Shown: positions 21,607-31,905, counted from the first letter of the stretch. The stretch: DNA of 64,000 bases from an uncultured Candidatus Rokubacteria bacterium (GCA_963805625.1 CAWDVE010000017.1:352001-416000), one strand, 5' to 3'. Made by a program: numbers and translations. The notes: generated by a model from the sequence alone, not told the origin.

Positions 21607-22053
21607 TCAGCGGTTCCCGCGCCGCCCCTGACTGAGCTGCACGTAGCCCATCCGGAGGGTGGCCAGCATCTCCTCCAGGACGGCGCTCTCGTCCGGCGTC
21701 CGGTTGTTCCGGGTCTTCTCCTGCAGCATCGCCAGGAGGTCGATCGCGAAGCGTGCCTGGTCGAGATCCACGTGCGGTCGTCCGGTCGTCGGGTCGGGTG
21801 CTTGACCGAGGTTGGCCATGGCATCGCTGTAGAGCATGACCAGGAGCGCCGTCAGATCGGCCTTGGGGGCGCCGGCTGGCCCGCCGGCGCCCGGGCCGGG
21901 TCCGACGATGGCCGACTGGGCTGGCGGCGTCGGTGACCGCGGGGGTTCCATAACGGGCGATGGTGCGGGTCGGGACGGAAGAGCCTCGTCCTCCTCGCCT
22001 CGCCGACGACGGTCCACCACACTGAAGCCAGGTTCGGGCTCACGCTCGGACAC
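21607..22053 (-). CDS. DUF1844 domain protein
   Basis: GFSVVDRRR, AMANLGQ.PDP.TG....DL.QA...IDLL.ML.EKT..N.T..E. Confidence 0.85.
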   Translation of the reverse strand: MSEREPEPGFSVVDRRRRGEEDEALPSRPAPSPVMEPPRSPTPPAQSAIVGPGPGAGGPAGAPKADLTALLVMLYSDAMANLGQAPDPTTGRPHVDLDQARFAIDLLAMLQEKTRNNRTPDESAVLEEMLATLRMGYVQLSQGRRGNR

Positions 22054-22232
22054 GGATGCTCCTCCTCGGGTGCCGGGCTCGGGTGCGGGGCTCGGGGCCG
22101 AGCCCGCGGAAGTACCGTGACGCTAGCACACCGGGCCAGCGGGGACAAGCCGCCCGGGGCAGAAAGACGCCCGTGTTATACTGGCCGCGCCCTGCGGGGA
22201 TCGCGTGTTGACGAGCCCGCGGAAGGCCCCCG

Positions 22233-23030
22233 ATGTCGAGCCCGGACGCCGGCCAGCGTTTCGTCGAGTTGTTGACGATGATGACCCGCCTGCGTGGCGA
22301 CGGCGGCTGCCCCTGGGACCGAGAGCAAACCCGTGATTCCCTCCGCCCATTCCTCGTCGAGGAGACGTACGAAGTCCTCGACGCCCTCGACACTCGCGAC
22401 CCGCGGCACATTCGCGAGGAGCTAGGCGATCTGCTGTTCCAGGTCGTCTTTCATGCGGAGATCGCTCGCGAGCGGGGGGAGTTCTCGATGGCCGATCTCC
22501 TCGAAACCCTCGTCGCCAAGATGACACGTCGGCATCCCCACGTCTTCGGGGATCGTCCAGTCGGCTCCGCTCGGGAAGCGCTGGTTCAGTGGGAAGCCAT
22601 CAAGGATTCGGAGAGCCATGGATCGCCGAGGTCGGCGCTCGCGGGCGTGCCGCGCGCGCTGCCAGCGCTCCACCGCGCCCAGCGCGTCCAGCACAAGGCC
22701 GCGCGCGTCGGCTTCGACTGGGCCGACGCGGCGGGGGCGCTGGGGAAGGTCCGCGAGGAGCTCGGCGAGGTGACCGAGGCACTGCACCAGGGCAGCGGAG
22801 AGGCCCTCCGGGAGGAGCTGGGCGACCTTCTCTTCTCCGTCGTCAACGTGGCCCGGCTCGCGAGCGTGGATCCCGAAGGTGCGCTGCAGGTGGCCGTCGA
22901 TCGGTTCAGCCGGCGCTTCGCGTCGATGGAAGAAACCGCCCGGGGCGAGGGCCGGGAGCTGGCCGGCCTGTCCCTCGACGAGCTGGAACAGCTCTGGTCC
23001 CGGGCGAAGTCCCTGGAAAGACCAGCCTGA
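22233..23030 (+). CDS. mazG: Nucleoside triphosphate pyrophosphohydrolase MazG
   Basis: GCPWDREQT..SL...LVEETYEV, EELGDLLFQVVFH, RRHPHVF, KAA.VGFDW, second EELGDLLF. Confidence 0.96.
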   Translation: MSSPDAGQRFVELLTMMTRLRGDGGCPWDREQTRDSLRPFLVEETYEVLDALDTRDPRHIREELGDLLFQVVFHAEIARERGEFSMADLLETLVAKMTRRHPHVFGDRPVGSAREALVQWEAIKDSESHGSPRSALAGVPRALPALHRAQRVQHKAARVGFDWADAAGALGKVREELGEVTEALHQGSGEALREELGDLLFSVVNVARLASVDPEGALQVAVDRFSRRFASMEETARGEGRELAGLSLDELEQLWSRAKSLERPA

Positions 23031-23052
23031 GCAGGAGCAAGGGGAGACTGCG

Positions 23053-23598
23053 ATGAGGGTTCGGGTGGGCCCAGCCGACATCTATCTCGAGCGCGGTGAC
23101 ATCACCGAGTACGAGGTCGATGCCATCGTCAACGCCGCCAACAGCGACCTCTCCATGGGCACGGGCGTTGCCTCAGCGATCAAGCGAAAGGGCGGGACGA
23201 TCGTCGAGGAAGAGGCGGCTCGCCAGGGACCCGTCGAGGGCGGTGATGCGGTCGTGACCACGGCCGGCAACCTGCCCGCGAACTACGTGATCCACGCCGC
23301 GGTCATGGGAGTTGACCTCAGGTCCAGCGCCGACCTCGTGCGGCGGGCGACGCTCAACTCCCTCCGACGCGCCGAGGAGCTTCGACTCCACAGCATCGCG
23401 TTCCCCGCGTTCGGCACCGGGGTCGGGCGGCTAGACCCCAAGGACTCGGCGGATGCCATGGTGGGCGCGCTCCGGGCCCACTTCGCGGAGGTCGCGGAGT
23501 CGAGTGTCCGGCGGATCCACTTGGTTATATTCCAAGAGGACACTTATCAGGCGTTTGGATCATTGCTAGGAGTGGCGAAGGCACGGCGGGCGAGCTGA
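23053..23598 (+). CDS. Macrodomain (ADP-ribose binding/hydrolase) protein
   Basis: GDIT, DAIVNAAN, GVA.AI, TTAGNLPA.YVIHA, SIAFPAFGTGV; start trimmed to ATG 23053. Confidence 0.92.
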   Translation: MRVRVGPADIYLERGDITEYEVDAIVNAANSDLSMGTGVASAIKRKGGTIVEEEAARQGPVEGGDAVVTTAGNLPANYVIHAAVMGVDLRSSADLVRRATLNSLRRAEELRLHSIAFPAFGTGVGRLDPKDSADAMVGALRAHFAEVAESSVRRIHLVIFQEDTYQAFGSLLGVAKARRAS

Positions 23599-23714
23599 CC
23601 GTACCGGCCGAGAAGTCCGGGCTGGTACGACCTTTGCTATCTATTCACCGCCGATGACAAATATTTGCTCGTTTTGGCCTCGAGGCTGCCAGAATCCACC
23701 CATCCAAACCTGAG

Positions 23715-24086
23715 ATGGCACGCATCCTCGTGGCCGATGACGCCCCGGCTGTTCTGGATGTCCTGGATGACATCCTGACACTCGAGGGCCATCAAGTGAT
23801 CCGGGCGACTTCCGGCCAGGAAGCCCTCCGGAAATTCGAGGAGTCTCCTCCCGAGCTGGCTGTGCTGGACATCATGATGCCTGACATGGACGGTTTGGTC
23901 GTGCTGGACGCGATCAGGCGCACGAGTGGCGACCTCCCCGTGATTCTGATCACGGGGCTCGTGGGGGATTCCCTCGCCAAGAAAGTCGCGCACCACAAGG
24001 CAGTCTCATTCTTCGAAAAGGGCTCGGGGCTCGATCGCTTCGTCGAGCTGGTCAACGAGACGCTGGGCCGGAAGGCGGAAGCGTGA
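23715..24086 (+). CDS. Single-domain response regulator
   Basis: ILVADD, LAVLDIMMPDMDG, VILITG, conserved K. Confidence 0.9.
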   Translation: MARILVADDAPAVLDVLDDILTLEGHQVIRATSGQEALRKFEESPPELAVLDIMMPDMDGLVVLDAIRRTSGDLPVILITGLVGDSLAKKVAHHKAVSFFEKGSGLDRFVELVNETLGRKAEA

Positions 24087-24114
24087 GCGCGCTCGGTCGA
24101 CAGGACACACCGTC

Positions 24115-25818
24115 GTGAACCCGCGGCTGCTCGATCTGCTGGTCAAGGAGAACCTGCTCACTACGGACCAGGCCCAGAAGGCCGTGACCGACCAGCGGCG
24201 GTCGGGGGAGCGGCTGGCGACGGTCCTGACGCGGCTCGCCTTCATCACCGAGGACGAGCTGCTCGACTTCCTCAGCCGGAAGTACGGCATCCCGGTTATC
24301 AACCTCGGCCGCGTGGAGGCCGACCCCGACATCCTGCGGCTCGTCCGCAAGGAGATCGTCCAGAAGTACCAGGTGTTCCCCGTCCGGAAGGTCGGGAACA
24401 CGCTGACGCTCGCCCTGTCGGACCCGACCGTGGTGCTCGCGATCGACGACGTCCAGTTTGCCACCGGGCTGCACGTCATCCCCGTGCTGGCCGCCGAGAG
24501 CGCCATCCGGGGCGCGATCGACCACAATTACAGCTCGGGTGTCGACGACATCAAGAAGCTCATCGACCAGGAGTCCACCGGCATCGACACCAACCTCGAG
24601 CTGGTGGACAAGGGCGCGAAGGTCGACATCGCGGAGCTGGGGCGGGAAGCCGAAGAGGCCCCGACGATCCGCTTCGTCAACCTGATCATCGCCGATGCCA
24701 TCCGGAAGCGGGCCTCGGACATCCACCTGGAGCCGTACGAGAAGGTCTTCCGCGTCCGGTACCGGATCGACGGCGTGCTCCACGACATGATGAACCCGCC
24801 CAAACAGATGGAGCCGGCCATCCTGTCGCGCGTCAAGATCATGTCGAACCTGGACATCGCGGAACGCCGCCTGCCCCAGGACGGCCGGCTCTCGGTGAAG
24901 TTCCAGAACCGCGAGATCGACTTGCGCGTCTCGTCGCTCCCCACGATCTTCGGCGAGAAGATTGTCATGCGGGTCCTGGACAAAGGGAGCGTCGTCCTCG
25001 ACCTCGCCCGTCTCGGATTCGAGGAGGACGACCTCGCGCGGTTCAGGAAGACGATCACGACGCCCTACGGCATGATCCTGTGTACGGGGCCCACCGGTAG
25101 CGGCAAGAGCACGACGCTCTACGCGGCCATCGCGACTATCAACAACCCCGATATCAACATCATCACGGCGGAGGATCCCGTCGAGTTCAACATCCCCGGG
25201 GTCAATCAGGTGCTCGTGCGCGAGGACATCGGCTACAACTTCTCCGCTGCCCTGCGGGCGTTCCTGCGGCAGGACCCGGACGTGGTCCTGGTCGGCGAGA
25301 TGCGCGACCTGGAGACGGCGCAGATCGCGATCCGCGCCGCCCTCACCGGACATCTGGTGTTCTCCACGCTGCACACCAATGACGCCCCCAGCACGGTCAC
25401 GCGACTCCAGGACATGGGCATCCCGCCCTTCCTGATCTCCTCGTCGCTGCTCCTGGTCATCGCGCAGCGCCTGGTACGCCGGACCTGCCTCGAGTGCCGC
25501 GAGCCCGTCCAGGTGCCGGTGTCCGCCTTGATCGACATCGGGTTCCGTCCCGAGGAGGCCGAGGGCGTGCGCATCTATGCGGGGAAGGGGTGTGCCACCT
25601 GCGCCAACACCGGGTACAAGGGCCGGATCTCCATCCACGAGATCATGTGGATGATTCCGGAGCTCCAGGAAGCCATCGTCCGCCAGCGGCCCGCCAACGA
25701 GCTCAAGGACATCGCGGTGAAGGCCGGGATGCGGACCCTGCGTCAGACCGGGCTCCGGAAGGTGGCGAACGGGCTGACCACGATCGATGAGGTCCTCCGC
25801 GTGACGTTCGCCGACTGA
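24115..25818 (+). CDS. pilB: Type IV pilus assembly ATPase PilB
   Basis: ASDIHLEP, LDIAERRLPQDGR, GPTGSGKSTTLY, EDPVE, LRQDPD..LVGEMRD, TGHLVFSTLHTND, two CxxC motifs. Confidence 0.96.
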   Translation: MNPRLLDLLVKENLLTTDQAQKAVTDQRRSGERLATVLTRLAFITEDELLDFLSRKYGIPVINLGRVEADPDILRLVRKEIVQKYQVFPVRKVGNTLTLALSDPTVVLAIDDVQFATGLHVIPVLAAESAIRGAIDHNYSSGVDDIKKLIDQESTGIDTNLELVDKGAKVDIAELGREAEEAPTIRFVNLIIADAIRKRASDIHLEPYEKVFRVRYRIDGVLHDMMNPPKQMEPAILSRVKIMSNLDIAERRLPQDGRLSVKFQNREIDLRVSSLPTIFGEKIVMRVLDKGSVVLDLARLGFEEDDLARFRKTITTPYGMILCTGPTGSGKSTTLYAAIATINNPDINIITAEDPVEFNIPGVNQVLVREDIGYNFSAALRAFLRQDPDVVLVGEMRDLETAQIAIRAALTGHLVFSTLHTNDAPSTVTRLQDMGIPPFLISSSLLLVIAQRLVRRTCLECREPVQVPVSALIDIGFRPEEAEGVRIYAGKGCATCANTGYKGRISIHEIMWMIPELQEAIVRQRPANELKDIAVKAGMRTLRQTGLRKVANGLTTIDEVLRVTFAD

Positions 25819-25838
25819 GGGCCAGGGGGGAACCAGAC

Positions 25839-26930
25839 GTGAACCAGAGTGTGTCGATGCGAGATCTCCTCGTCGCGATGGCGGAGAGGGGCGCGTCGGA
25901 TCTGCATATCACCGCCGGGGCGCCGCCGACGCTGCGTGTCCACGGACACCTGGTGGGGCTGGACTACCCGCCGCTCGACGGGGAGCAGACGAAGGCCCTT
26001 GCCTACAGCCTCATCAACGCGGAGCAGCGGGAGCGGTTCGAGTCGAACTACGAGCTGGACTTCTCGTATGGCGTCGTCGGCCTCTCGCGGTATCGCGTCA
26101 ACGTCTACCGGCAGCGGGGCGCCGTGGGCGTGGCGATCCGCTCCATTCCGCACCAGCCCAAGAGCTTCCAGGAGCTCGGGCTCCCGGTCGAGATCTGCAC
26201 CCAGCTGATCCAGCGGCACAAGGGGCTCATCCTGATGACCGGGCCGACGGGGCACGGGAAGACGACGTCGATGGCGGCCATGCTCGACCGCATCAACCGC
26301 GAGCGCGACGTCCACATCGTCACTGTCGAGGACCCCCTCGAGTACCTGTACCAGCACCAGAAGGCGCTCGTGAACCAGCGCGAGGTGGGGAGCGACACGC
26401 ACTCCTTCCCGGCCGCCCTGAAGTACGTCCTTCGCCAGGACCCGGACGTCGTGCTCATTGGGGAGATGCGGGACCTGGAGACGATCCAGGCGGCGCTGAC
26501 GATCGCGGAGACGGGCCATCTGACCTTCGCGACGCTGCACACCAACTCCTGCGCCCAGTCGATCGACCGCATCATCGACGTCTTCCCGCCGCACCAGCAG
26601 TCCCAGGTGCGAGCCCAGCTGGCGCTCGTGCTCGAGGCCGTCTTCAACCAGCTCCTCGTCCCGCGGCGCGATGGACGCGGCCGGTCTCTTGCCATGGAGA
26701 TCCTGATTGCGACCCCGGCGATCCGGAACATGATCCGTGAGGAGAAGGTTCACCAGATCTACTCGGCGATGCAGGCGGGCCAGAAGTTCGGGATGCAGAC
26801 CATGAATCAGTCGCTCGCGAATCTCTATCTCCGCGGCCACATCTCGCGACCAGAAGCGCTGTCCCGGAGCTCGTACCCGGAGGAGCTGCTCCGCATGATG
26901 GACCAGCCGGTGGCGGCGGCCACCCGCTAG
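25839..26930 (+). CDS. pilT: Type IV pilus retraction ATPase PilT
   Basis: ASDLHITAG.PP, GPTGHGKTT, NQREVG.DT, LRQDPD, AIRNMIRE, GMQTM. Confidence 0.96.
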   Translation: MNQSVSMRDLLVAMAERGASDLHITAGAPPTLRVHGHLVGLDYPPLDGEQTKALAYSLINAEQRERFESNYELDFSYGVVGLSRYRVNVYRQRGAVGVAIRSIPHQPKSFQELGLPVEICTQLIQRHKGLILMTGPTGHGKTTSMAAMLDRINRERDVHIVTVEDPLEYLYQHQKALVNQREVGSDTHSFPAALKYVLRQDPDVVLIGEMRDLETIQAALTIAETGHLTFATLHTNSCAQSIDRIIDVFPPHQQSQVRAQLALVLEAVFNQLLVPRRDGRGRSLAMEILIATPAIRNMIREEKVHQIYSAMQAGQKFGMQTMNQSLANLYLRGHISRPEALSRSSYPEELLRMMDQPVAAATR

Positions 26931-26949
26931 AGCCGACACGGGGGAAGCC

Positions 26950-28179
26950 ATGCCGAACTTCACGTATCGAGGTGTCACGTCGGGCGGAGGGCAGGTGCGG
27001 GCGGAGATCACCGCGCCGGACGAGCGGTCGGCGGCCCGCCAGCTCCGATCCCAGGGGATCGTCGTCCAGAACATCGCGGTCAAGCGCGGCGCCGGCGGCA
27101 AGATCGAGCTCGGGGACCTGCCCGGTCTGAGCATCTTGCTCGGCGGAGTCCGCGGCAAGGACATCTCCGTCTTCAGCCGCCAGTTCGCCACGATGATCGC
27201 GGCGGGACTTCCCCTCGTCCAGTGCCTGCAGACGCTGGGCATGCAGATGGAGCGGAAGCGCTTACAGGACATCATCGCGAAGGTGGCGTACGACGTCGAG
27301 TCCGGCTCGACGCTCTCCGACGCGCTCGGCCGCTTCCCGCGGGTCTTCGACGAGCTGTACGTCAACCTAGTGCATGTCGGGGAGACGGGCGGTGTGCTCG
27401 ACTCCATGCTGTCCCGGCTCTCGACGTACCTGGAGAAGGCCCAGGCGCTGAAGCACCGGGTGCAAATGGCCGTTGTGTATCCGATCCTGGTCATGACCAT
27501 CGCGGTGCTGGTCGTGGCGTTCCTGATGGTCTTCATCATCCCGATCTTCGCCGCCTTCTTCGCGAACGCCGGCGTGCCGTTGCCGCTGCCCACCCGCATC
27601 GTGATCGCGGTGAGCAACGGGGTGACGCGATACTGGTACATCGTCCTCGCCGTCTGTGCGGGCGTGATGTTCGGCTTCCGCGCCTGGTACCGGACCGAGG
27701 CCGGGCGGCTGGCGGTCGACCGCTTTTTCCTGCGCGCGCCCATCTTCGGCCCGCTGGTGCGCAAGATCTCCATCGCGCGGTTCACGCGGACCCTGTCGGC
27801 ACTCCTGGGCGGCGGCGTGCCGATCATCGACGCGCTCCGCATCACCGCCAAGACGGCGGGCAATCGCGTCGTGGAGAACTCCGTCATGGCGGCGCGCGAG
27901 CGGGTCATGGCGGGGCAGACCCTCGGCGAGCGTCTCAAGGACAGCGGGGTCTTTCCGCCCATGGTGGTCCAGATGGTCATCGTGGGCGAGCAGACGGGTG
28001 CGCTCGACAACATGCTGGCGAAGGTCGCCGACTACTACGAGGACGAGGTCGACGTGGCGGTCTCCGGCTTGACGGCGCTGCTCGAGCCGCTGCTGATCGT
28101 CTTCCTCGGCGTGGTGATCGGCGGTATCGTCATCGCGATCTACCTGCCGATCTTCAAGGTGGTGACGCTGGTCAAGTAG
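26950..28179 (+). CDS. pilC: Type IV pilus platform protein PilC
   Basis: FSRQFATMI.AGLPL, GETGG.LD, YP..V, GEQTGALD.ML.KVADYYE.EV, LLEP, YLPIF. Confidence 0.95.
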   Translation: MPNFTYRGVTSGGGQVRAEITAPDERSAARQLRSQGIVVQNIAVKRGAGGKIELGDLPGLSILLGGVRGKDISVFSRQFATMIAAGLPLVQCLQTLGMQMERKRLQDIIAKVAYDVESGSTLSDALGRFPRVFDELYVNLVHVGETGGVLDSMLSRLSTYLEKAQALKHRVQMAVVYPILVMTIAVLVVAFLMVFIIPIFAAFFANAGVPLPLPTRIVIAVSNGVTRYWYIVLAVCAGVMFGFRAWYRTEAGRLAVDRFFLRAPIFGPLVRKISIARFTRTLSALLGGGVPIIDALRITAKTAGNRVVENSVMAARERVMAGQTLGERLKDSGVFPPMVVQMVIVGEQTGALDNMLAKVADYYEDEVDVAVSGLTALLEPLLIVFLGVVIGGIVIAIYLPIFKVVTLVK

Positions 28180-28207
28180 GCGCCCGTCAGGCGCAGTGGG
28201 GAGCGGG

Positions 28208-29869
28208 ATGAGCACGCCACCCGAGGGGCAGGGGACGGTCCGGTGGCTGGTGTACGGCCGGACCGGCTTCGTCTCGCTGCTGGCGGCCGCGCTGATCGGG
28301 TCGCATCTCAGCGGTCTGCCCCTGTTCCCGCTCCCCCCGGTCCTGACACTGCTGGCGGCGACCTACCTCCTCTCCGCGATCTACCTCGCGCTGCTCGGGC
28401 GGGTCCGGAACCCCACCTGGCTGGCGGAGGTCCAGATCTACGGGGACGTCGTCCTCGAGACGATGCTGATCTACCTCACGGGCGGGCCGTATAGCGTCTT
28501 CCCGTTTCTCTACCTCGTGTCGATCCTGACCGCCAGCATCATGGTGGCGCCCCGCGAGAGCTTCCGCGTGGCCACCGTGGCCGTGCTCCTGCACGGGGTC
28601 ATGCTCGGCGCCCAGTTCTACCGATGGCTGCCTCCCGCCGTGGACCTTCCCCTCGCGCGCAACGTCGGGATGGAAGGCAGCCTCACGATCCTTCTCATCA
28701 GCGCGAACTTCTGTGCCTGCTTCCTCATGGCCTATCTCGGGACGTACCTGGCGGGCCGCCTCCGCCAGGCGCGGGGCGAGGCGCATCGCAGCGAGGCGAG
28801 CCTGGCCGCCCTCCGGGCGCTCCACGAGGACATCGTCCAGAGCGTGGCGAGCGGGCTCCTGACCTTCGATCGCCGCGGCACCGTCACCTCGGTGAACCGG
28901 ACGGCGGAAGTGCTGTGCGCGCGGCGCGAGGTGGAGCTGCGGGGAGTGCGCTGGGAGACCCTGTTCCCGGGCGCGCCGCCGTTTCCCACCGTCTGGGAGG
29001 GCCTGGAGGGCGGCGCCGCGCGGCGGGCCCGCTCGGAGACTGAGCTGGTCCGGGCCGACGGCTCCCGGCTCCCGGTCGGGATGAGCCTCTCCTTCCTGCG
29101 GCGCGGGCGTGGGGCGATCTGTTCGTTCCAGGACCTGACCGACATCAAGCGCATGGGGGAACAGATCCGCCAGGCGGACCGGCTCGCGGCCATCGGCCGC
29201 CTGGCGGCCGGGTTGGCTCACGAGATTCGCAACCCGATCGGGTCGATCCGCGGCTCGGTCGAGGTCCTGGGCGGGAGCCTCGATCTCCAGGGAGACGACC
29301 GGCGTCTGATGGACATCGTCCTCCGCGAGTCGGACCGGCTGGACGCCATCATTCGCGACTTCCTCCAGTTCTCCCGGCCCCCGCGCCTCGTGCGGGTGCC
29401 GACGGACCTCCCGGCCATGCTCGACGAGATCCTGCTCATGCTGTCGAACCACAGTGGCGTGCAGGGGGCGGAGACCCCGCGCGTACAGATCCGACGGGAC
29501 GTGGCGGAGTCGACGGCGAAGGCGGACGTCGATCCGGCACAGATGCGCCAGGCGCTCTGGAACTTGTGTCTCAACGCGGTGGAAGCAATGCCGCAGGGCG
29601 GGGAGCTACGTGTGGGCGTGCGGACGATCACCTCAGAGGCAGGCCGGACCCTCATGGAGATCACGGTCGAGGACACCGGCGTGGGGATCACGGCGGCGGA
29701 GCTGACCCAGGTCTTCGAGCCCTTCTTCACCACCAAGCCCCAGGGCACCGGGCTCGGGCTCGCCATCGCGCACCGGATCGTCGAGGATCACGGTGGCGAG
29801 ATCCGAGTGCAGAGCGAGCCCTGGCGGGGGACCCGGTTCACCATCTCGCTCCCTGTGGGCGAGGGCTAG
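28208..29869 (+). CDS. pilS: PilS-like sensor histidine kinase
   Basis: Multi-TM N-terminus with TGG..S.F.FLY, PAS, LAHEIRNP, NAVEAM, DTGVG, FEPFFTTK..GTGLGL; position between pilC and pilR. Confidence 0.9.
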   Translation: MSTPPEGQGTVRWLVYGRTGFVSLLAAALIGSHLSGLPLFPLPPVLTLLAATYLLSAIYLALLGRVRNPTWLAEVQIYGDVVLETMLIYLTGGPYSVFPFLYLVSILTASIMVAPRESFRVATVAVLLHGVMLGAQFYRWLPPAVDLPLARNVGMEGSLTILLISANFCACFLMAYLGTYLAGRLRQARGEAHRSEASLAALRALHEDIVQSVASGLLTFDRRGTVTSVNRTAEVLCARREVELRGVRWETLFPGAPPFPTVWEGLEGGAARRARSETELVRADGSRLPVGMSLSFLRRGRGAICSFQDLTDIKRMGEQIRQADRLAAIGRLAAGLAHEIRNPIGSIRGSVEVLGGSLDLQGDDRRLMDIVLRESDRLDAIIRDFLQFSRPPRLVRVPTDLPAMLDEILLMLSNHSGVQGAETPRVQIRRDVAESTAKADVDPAQMRQALWNLCLNAVEAMPQGGELRVGVRTITSEAGRTLMEITVEDTGVGITAAELTQVFEPFFTTKPQGTGLGLAIAHRIVEDHGGEIRVQSEPWRGTRFTISLPVGEG

Positions 29870-29873
29870 ACCC

Positions 29874-31286
29874 ATGATCGAGCGCATCCTCGTCGTCGAC
29901 GACGACCAGAGCCTGAGGGAATTCCTGACGATCACGCTCGGCCGGGACGGCTTCGAGGTCGTGGCCGCGGCATCCGGTGCCGAAGCGCTCCGTGCCATGA
30001 CGGAGGCACCCGCCGACCTCGCTCTGGTCGATCTCAAGATGCCCGGCATGGACGGGCTCGAAACGCTGCGGCGCCTGAAGGAGCTCAGCGAGACCGTGGC
30101 GGTGGTGATCGTCACCGCCTTCGCCACGACCGAGACCGCGATCCAGGCGCTCAAGGAAGGTGCCTACGACTACCTGATCAAGCCGTTCAAGGTCGACGAG
30201 CTGAAGCTGGTGGTGCGGAAGGCGCTCGAGGAGCGACGACTCCGTTGGGAGAACCAGCGGCTGCGGCGCGAGGTCGAGCTTCGCTACACGCTGGGCAACA
30301 TGGTGGGTAAGAGCGCCAAGGTGCAGGAGCTCTTCTCGACCATCAGCCGGCTGGCCGAGTCCCGGGCGACGGTCCTCCTCACCGGGGAGAGCGGCACTGG
30401 CAAGACGCTTCTCGCGAAGACCATCCACTTCAACTCGAGCCGGAAGAACGGGCCGTTCGTCGGGGTGAACTGCGCCGCCATCCCGAGTGAGCTGATGGAG
30501 TCGGAGCTTTTCGGACACGTGCGGGGCGCCTTCACGGGGGCCATTGCCAACAAGCAGGGCCTGTTCGAGGCGGCCGACGGCGGGACGCTCCTCCTCGACG
30601 AGATCAGCGAGATGTCCACGCACCTCCAGGCCAAGCTGCTGCGCGTGCTGGAGGATCGCGAGATCCGGCCCGTGGGGGGAACGAAGCCCGTGCGGGTGGA
30701 GGTCAGGATCGTGGCGGCCACGAACCGGGACCTGGCGCAGGCGATGGCGCGCGGATCCTTCCGGGAGGATCTGTTCTACCGGCTCAACGTCATCTCGGTG
30801 GCCCTTCCATCGCTGCGGGAGCGCCGGGAGGACATCCCCCTTCTCGTCAATCACTTTCTTCAGAAGTTCACCGAGCTGGCGGGCGCGCCCGCCAAGGTGC
30901 TCTCGCCCGAGGCCCTGACGTGCCTCGAGGCCTATCCGTGGCCCGGGAATATCCGGGAGCTTGAGAACGTGATCGAACGGGCGGTCACTCTCGAGCCCGG
31001 CCCGATCATCCGTCCGGAGAGCCTGCCTGAGTCCTTGCGGCGCCCCCGTCAGCCGGATGCCTTCCACGTGGAGTTTCCACCGGAGGGGCTCGACCTCGAC
31101 AAGCTGATGGAGCAGATCGAGCGGGACCTCATCCGGCGGGCCCTCGATCGCGTCGACGGCGTCCAGAGCCGGGCGGCGCACCTCCTCGGGACCGGCTTCC
31201 GATCGTTCCGGTACCGCCTCCAGAAGTACGGGATGATAGAACGCGGCACCGCGCCTGATGGGGGCCCTGACGAGCCCGTCCAGTGA
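29874..31286 (+). CDS. pilR: PilR-like sigma54-dependent response regulator
   Basis: REC domain, GESGTGKT, ESELFGH.RGAFTGA, FREDLFYRLNV, WPGNIRELEN, C-terminal HTH; start ATG 29874. Confidence 0.92.
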   Translation: MIERILVVDDDQSLREFLTITLGRDGFEVVAAASGAEALRAMTEAPADLALVDLKMPGMDGLETLRRLKELSETVAVVIVTAFATTETAIQALKEGAYDYLIKPFKVDELKLVVRKALEERRLRWENQRLRREVELRYTLGNMVGKSAKVQELFSTISRLAESRATVLLTGESGTGKTLLAKTIHFNSSRKNGPFVGVNCAAIPSELMESELFGHVRGAFTGAIANKQGLFEAADGGTLLLDEISEMSTHLQAKLLRVLEDREIRPVGGTKPVRVEVRIVAATNRDLAQAMARGSFREDLFYRLNVISVALPSLRERREDIPLLVNHFLQKFTELAGAPAKVLSPEALTCLEAYPWPGNIRELENVIERAVTLEPGPIIRPESLPESLRRPRQPDAFHVEFPPEGLDLDKLMEQIERDLIRRALDRVDGVQSRAAHLLGTGFRSFRYRLQKYGMIERGTAPDGGPDEPVQ

Positions 31287-31349
31287 CAATTTGCGAACAG
31301 TCAGTGGCCAATCTTGACAGACGACGAATTCGGCAGTGTCTGCATCAAG
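31284..31349. promoter_or_regulatory. Candidate PilR upstream activator sites
   Basis: TGAC-N12-GTCA (31284-31303) and imperfect palindrome CTTGACAGAC..GAATTC..GTCTGCATCAAG, about 95-160 bp upstream of the sigma54 site. Confidence 0.4.
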
Positions 31350-31442
31350 TTAGGTCTCAAAACCGGGCGAATACCCGTGCCGCGAGACAGGATAGGTGGC
31401 TCCGGGAAGGCCTCAAAAGGCCTCTAAACTAGCCTGAGGGGT

Positions 31443-31458
31443 CGGCACCGGAATTGCT
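31443..31458 (+). promoter_or_regulatory. Sigma54 -24/-12 promoter of pilA
   Basis: CGGCACC-GGAA-TTGCT versus consensus TGGCACG-N4-TTGCW, between pilR and the pilin gene. Confidence 0.85.
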
Positions 31459-31537
31459 CTACTAAGCGCCGTGCGTGTAGGCAGACCTAAGCGGAACAGA
31501 CCCGGTGCAGCTCACCCCCAACCTCGGAGGTAGACAG

Positions 31538-31870
31538 ATGTTCAGGCAGCTTCGGAGCCAGAAGGGCTTGACCCTCGTCGAGCTCATGGTGGTCGTGGCG
31601 ATCATCGCCATCATCGCCGCCGTCGCCATCACCGTGTTTCAGGACATCCAGAAGAAGGCCAAGCTGGCCGCCGACCAGGGCCAAGTGGCCGCGCTGCGGT
31701 CCGCCGTCGCCATCTACTACGGCAAGAACAACGGTATCTTCCCGGGTGGCTTGCCGACCGCTTATGTGACGCCCCCTCCCGTTTGGGCGTGCACCACAAA
31801 CGTGCCCCCCACGTACGACACCGGGAACGGCAAGATCACGTTCTCGGCGACCATCAACGACTGCCCGTAA
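31538..31870 (+). CDS. pilA: Major type IVa pilin (100 aa mature)
   Basis: MFRQLRSQKG|LTLVELMVVVAIIAIIAAVAI class III signal, E5, C-terminal Cys pair; GGAGG RBS; sigma54 promoter. Confidence 0.9.
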   Translation: MFRQLRSQKGLTLVELMVVVAIIAIIAAVAITVFQDIQKKAKLAADQGQVAALRSAVAIYYGKNNGIFPGGLPTAYVTPPPVWACTTNVPPTYDTGNGKITFSATINDCP

Positions 31871-31905
31871 GCACATTGCAGCAGCGCGAGCGGAGGAGGG
31901 CGCCC

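Noticed and set aside
22233-23598. mazG + macrodomain as an anti-phage or toxin-antitoxin system
   Set aside because: Both look like ordinary housekeeping forms (tandem-domain MazG, YmdB-like macrodomain) with no adjacent toxin or ADP-ribosyltransferase
31538-31870. PilA as an electrically conductive e-pilin
   Set aside because: Only 8 aromatic residues in 100, no Phe1 or Tyr27, and it retains a globular head
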